From Pelomyxa schiedti (taxonomy: Eukaryota; Protista; Evosea), in assembly GCA_020536535.1 (NCBI GenBank), contig JAHLWZ010000605.1, forward strand, positions 1 through 64,000: a stretch of 64,000 bases of DNA, given 5' to 3'. A program made the translations under genes and the position numbers. Positions within the stretch are counted from its first letter, which is position 1. Each line of letters starts with the position of its first letter. This document shows positions 60,540 through 64,000 of this stretch, piece after piece. The notes below the pieces were generated by a model that saw only the letters and a program-made list of their open reading frames with translations, was not told the DNA's origin and did no database searches.

Positions 60540-63370
60540 TCAGGTTCTGGTGCAGGAGACGTTGAAGTACTCTTCAAACCATAACAGTATGTTGTGATTC
60601 TGAGGCCTGAGGCTCTTTTTGACGAAGAAGTTCTTGGCGTTTACAATGTCATCGGTTGTGATGCTAAATTTCTCCACCAACCACATTGCAACGTGCAAGT
60701 GTGAGTTGAAGCACGTTTTCCTGAACACGCACCAGTCTTCTTCCGCGGCCCATATTCGGGATATGGAATACTTCTCACAAATAAACTGGGCAAGCCTAAT
60801 GGTCATGGTTAGTGGTGCAGCTTGTGAATGTTATGTTAAATATTTTTGAACAGTATGATAATAGCACCAGAGCGGTTATAATAATAATTACGCGAGAGAT
60901 ACCTCAGGTGGCCATGCTCACAACAAGTTCTGAAAGCACTATTCTGAGCCGGTTTTTTTGGCAGAATACCGGCACCAAATTTCTCAAAGAGCCAATGACA
61001 AGCATCAGCGCTCCCACATTGGCAACAGGCGAGAAATGCTTTTGTTAAAGTAGCCGGCAAGGCAGCGGCCTGTTTGGAGTTCTTCTTGAGTGAATTCCAG
61101 TGCTCAATCAGCCAGGTAGCCAGCTTCAAGTTCTCCGATTTGCAGGCACAAATGAAAACAGTGGGGAAAAACTCTGGTGTTGGTGGGTATGTTGTTGCCT
61201 TCCAGTGTGTGATGTGGGGTGGCTCCTCCTCTCCTCGAGAAAGGTAAATTTCTTCTTGGGTAAACTCCACCTGTGATATCAGCCACTGCACACAGTCAAG
61301 AGCTCCTGTCTGGAGGAGTGTCCAAAGCCCCCGGCACAGAATATTGTGACTCAGTGGCATCGTTTTGACAGCATACTGCAATATGGGCAGATGTGGTAGA
61401 AGACCTATTTCCGAGTCTGGTGCCACAGAAAAATGGTCCAGGAACCACTTGAATAACTCCACGTTGGTAATGGAGCGGCAGTATCCATAAACATAGAAAT
61501 TCTGGTCCAGCTCAGTGTGTGAGCCAAGGGAAAACTTAGATGCAAGCCATTTGAGAATCGGAAGATTGCCGTGACTGTATGCCTCGTAAATACATTCCAG
61601 AACCCAATTGGAATCCGGAGGCACAGTGAATGTTTCGCCAAGCCACACCATAACCTACGGTTTCATAGAGTTAAGGTCACTGTAATAGAAGTTGTGTATA
61701 CCTCGGAGTGGTTTAATGAGCATGCATTGAACATGATTTCACTCACGTCGTCAGTGGGGGCTACAGGAACCTTTTGGCACAACCACTTTGCCATTTCCAG
61801 GTGTCCCTTTGAGCAGGCATTTTTAAAGCAGGAAGTAGTCACAGATTCATTTGAGAATGTAGCCATTAACCACTTGGCAATTTTTATATGTCCCCCAAGA
61901 GAGCATCCCAACAAAGCGGCAGTATAACATTCAGGAGATGTGGAAAGGTGAAAAGTCTCCACTAGCCACTGAACTACATGAAAATGTCCCTCACTACAGC
62001 TATGGTACAGAGCGTAGTTTGGGGTATCCCGAGCAGTGGTAGTGGCATCATCCACAGTGAGGCTGAACTTACTCTGCAGCCATTGTGCCAATTCGAGATA
62101 GCCGCCTCGGCAGCTTTTCCGGAAGGCACTATTATCCGCACTCCTGATTTCATTTGGTGTTAGGGAAAGCTGGGTGGCCAGCCATTGAGCCGTGTGAAGG
62201 TGCCCACGGCCGCAGCATATGCGAAACGCCTTGTTATTAAGAGCACGCGCATCAGCAGAATTGAGGCCACAGGAATCAACTAACCATTCGCATACAGAAG
62301 TATCCCCACGGAAGCAGGAATGGAGAAAGAAATCTCTCCGCTCAGCAAGAACTAAAGGATGAATACCAATATGTGCCATGAGGTACTGCATCACATGAGT
62401 TTTTCCGTTTCTGTCACAACTGAGTTTTAGACGACTAACCAATCAGCGGAAACCTGATAGCTTCAGCAAGTGCCACAGCTTCAATAAAGGATTTATCCCA
62501 AGAGTCACATGGGGTGATGAGGTTAGTCGATGTCCACGACACCATCTTGAGATATCCAAGGGCTGAAAACACTGTAATAGCCATTTCTTCCCCACTTCCA
62601 AGCTGAGACATATCTCTACCTTTAAACGTGTACAGTTAGGACAGTAAAAATCGGCAATAGTTTTACCACTACTCCCCCTGCACTTCTACTCTACCACATT
62701 CATTCACTCACCTTCTCACAGCCCTATTTACTGGGGATTTTTTTTTTTGGACTTGCTCATTTAAAAAAATAGAGTGGTGAGTGTGGCGTCAAACGAGAAC
62801 ACATAACCTCACACCCCCTCCCATAAAAAAGGAGATATGTATAAGTATATGCCTTACAATGCACCATCAATAAATCATACCAGAATACTTGCCGGCAGCA
62901 TCACCGCTGCTCTGCTTGCCGACAGCATCGCCGCTGCTCTGGCACTGATGCTGCAAGACGTGCAGGAACACGGGCCTCCACGTGGCCAGGCACCGCGCCA
63001 CGAGGCGAGAGCACAGCCCCGCCAGGGGGAACACCGCCTCGCCCGCCCGCCCCAGCACCACCACCTCCTCCCCCACGTCCTCCGCCCTGGGGGCGCCCGG
63101 GGGCGGGGGCGGCGGCCGCGGCCGCGGCAGCCCTGCCCCTCCCGCTCCCGCTCCCGCCCCGCTTCCGCCGCCCCTCGCCCCATTCGCGGGGACCCCTGTC
63201 GGCAGCGATGGAGCAGCATTGTCGTAGGCGTGGAGGAGGCGGCGGTACTCGAGGACGGTGAAACACTTGGGGCATGCGTGGGGCAGTACGATGCGCCACA
63301 GTATGTCACTGATCCATAATGCTCGTGCTGTCGTAGCTGCGCCCTTGGGGCTTGATGCTGTAGCCGACAT
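60540..63370 (-). CDS. Ankyrin-repeat-like protein
   Basis: Repeats 'NNKAFRICCGRGHLHTAQWL', 'NSAFRKSCRGGYLELAQWL', 'YALYHSCSEGHFHVVQWL' and 'VFRKTCFNSHLHVAMWL'. Confidence 0.8.
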
Positions 63371-63465
63371 TTTCCACTGCTACTAACACAAAAACAAAAA
63401 AAAAAAGAGACAAAAAACGGTTTTTTGATCGTGGAACGGAAAGACAGAACTTTTTCGCCCACCCG

Positions 63466-64000
63466 CTATGGTGTTATTGGAAGTCGGGCAGTGCATTGTG
63501 GAGAGAAGTGCTCTGAGGAGGATAATGATTGTGATGAGCTGGACTCTGGGGCACTTGACCCAAAGCACAGGCAATCGGCATCATACACTCCGGCAATGGT
63601 GTCGAATGGTGTGTAGAAGCCAAGCCAGGCATCAAATGAAGCAAAATCCACCTTGTCGGCAGGAAAGTCCTCACTGGTGATATAGCTACTCACAAAAGTG
63701 ACTGCAGAAAGGGGGTCGTAGCTCAGTCCCTGCCCTGGCCTGGTACTGTGTGTGAATCCAGTCCATCCACCATTTAGAACCTCCAGTGTGGATATCCTGA
63801 TAAACCACATGGTTCCAATCCCATCATAGGCATACAGGTTCCCATCAGGCTGGGCAGCAATATCACACATTTCAGCGGCATGTGTCAGCACTGTGGATGT
63901 GATTCCTGTGCCTAAGTCGATAGTTGCTAATGTGGACTGGCCAGCTGACACATACAGAATGTACATCTTATCTATTACTGTTGACCATGACATCCCTGTT
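63466..64000 (-). CDS. 3' part of an unknown protein, possibly beta-propeller-like (runs off window)
   Basis: Open frame 'LATIDLGTG...DIAAQPDGNLYAYD...GLSYDP' ends at a stop at 63466. Confidence 0.45.
   Translation of the reverse strand, partial: TGMSWSTVIDKMYILYVSAGQSTLATIDLGTGITSTVLTHAAEMCDIAAQPDGNLYAYDGIGTMWFIRISTLEVLNGGWTGFTHSTRPGQGLSYDPLSAVTFVSSYITSEDFPADKVDFASFDAWLGFYTPFDTIAGVYDADCLCFGSSAPESSSSQSLSSSEHFSPQCTARLPITP

Noticed and set aside
1-64000. CRISPR arrays, rRNA, tRNA, prokaryotic operons
   Set aside because: None were seen. The hyd genes contain spliceosomal introns and targeting peptides, so they are not bacterial contamination.

Overview
This is intron-rich eukaryotic genomic DNA: mostly short GT-AG introns, poly-A/T tracts, and one 100-N assembly gap. 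The ORF track only shows exon fragments, so I assembled genes by hand. HydG and HydF carry N-terminal organelle-targeting presequences, which points to an anaerobic protist with a hydrogenosome-like organelle. The overall style suggests an archamoeba such as Pelomyxa, but that is inference. Gene order: decayed piggyBac-type transposon, ribophorin I, SPCS1, a membrane selenoprotein, an LRR/atypical PI3/4-kinase-like protein, ATG4, a class 3 lipase, a soluble MRH-domain protein, HydG, RPS6 with an H1-like tail, an SFI1-like protein, HydF, a ubiquitin-like/coiled-coil/proline-rich protein, a SENP/Ulp protease, a Q-rich protein, a Kelch-F-box-Ras fusion, a macrodomain-like protein, a TRIM with a Gly-rich domain, a formin, a receptor-like RasGAP, MED18 with a SAM insert, an amino-acid transporter, an ankyrin protein and a truncated gene. 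The best hidden signal is invisible in the ORF track. The spliced gene at 5319-6307 has an in-frame UGA in a G-S-U-C-W-P motif, possibly a second UGA at codon 11, and a clean GUGA-type SECIS hairpin in its 3' UTR. Together these imply selenocysteine recoding in this anaerobe. Exon boundaries were read by eye and need RNA confirmation.
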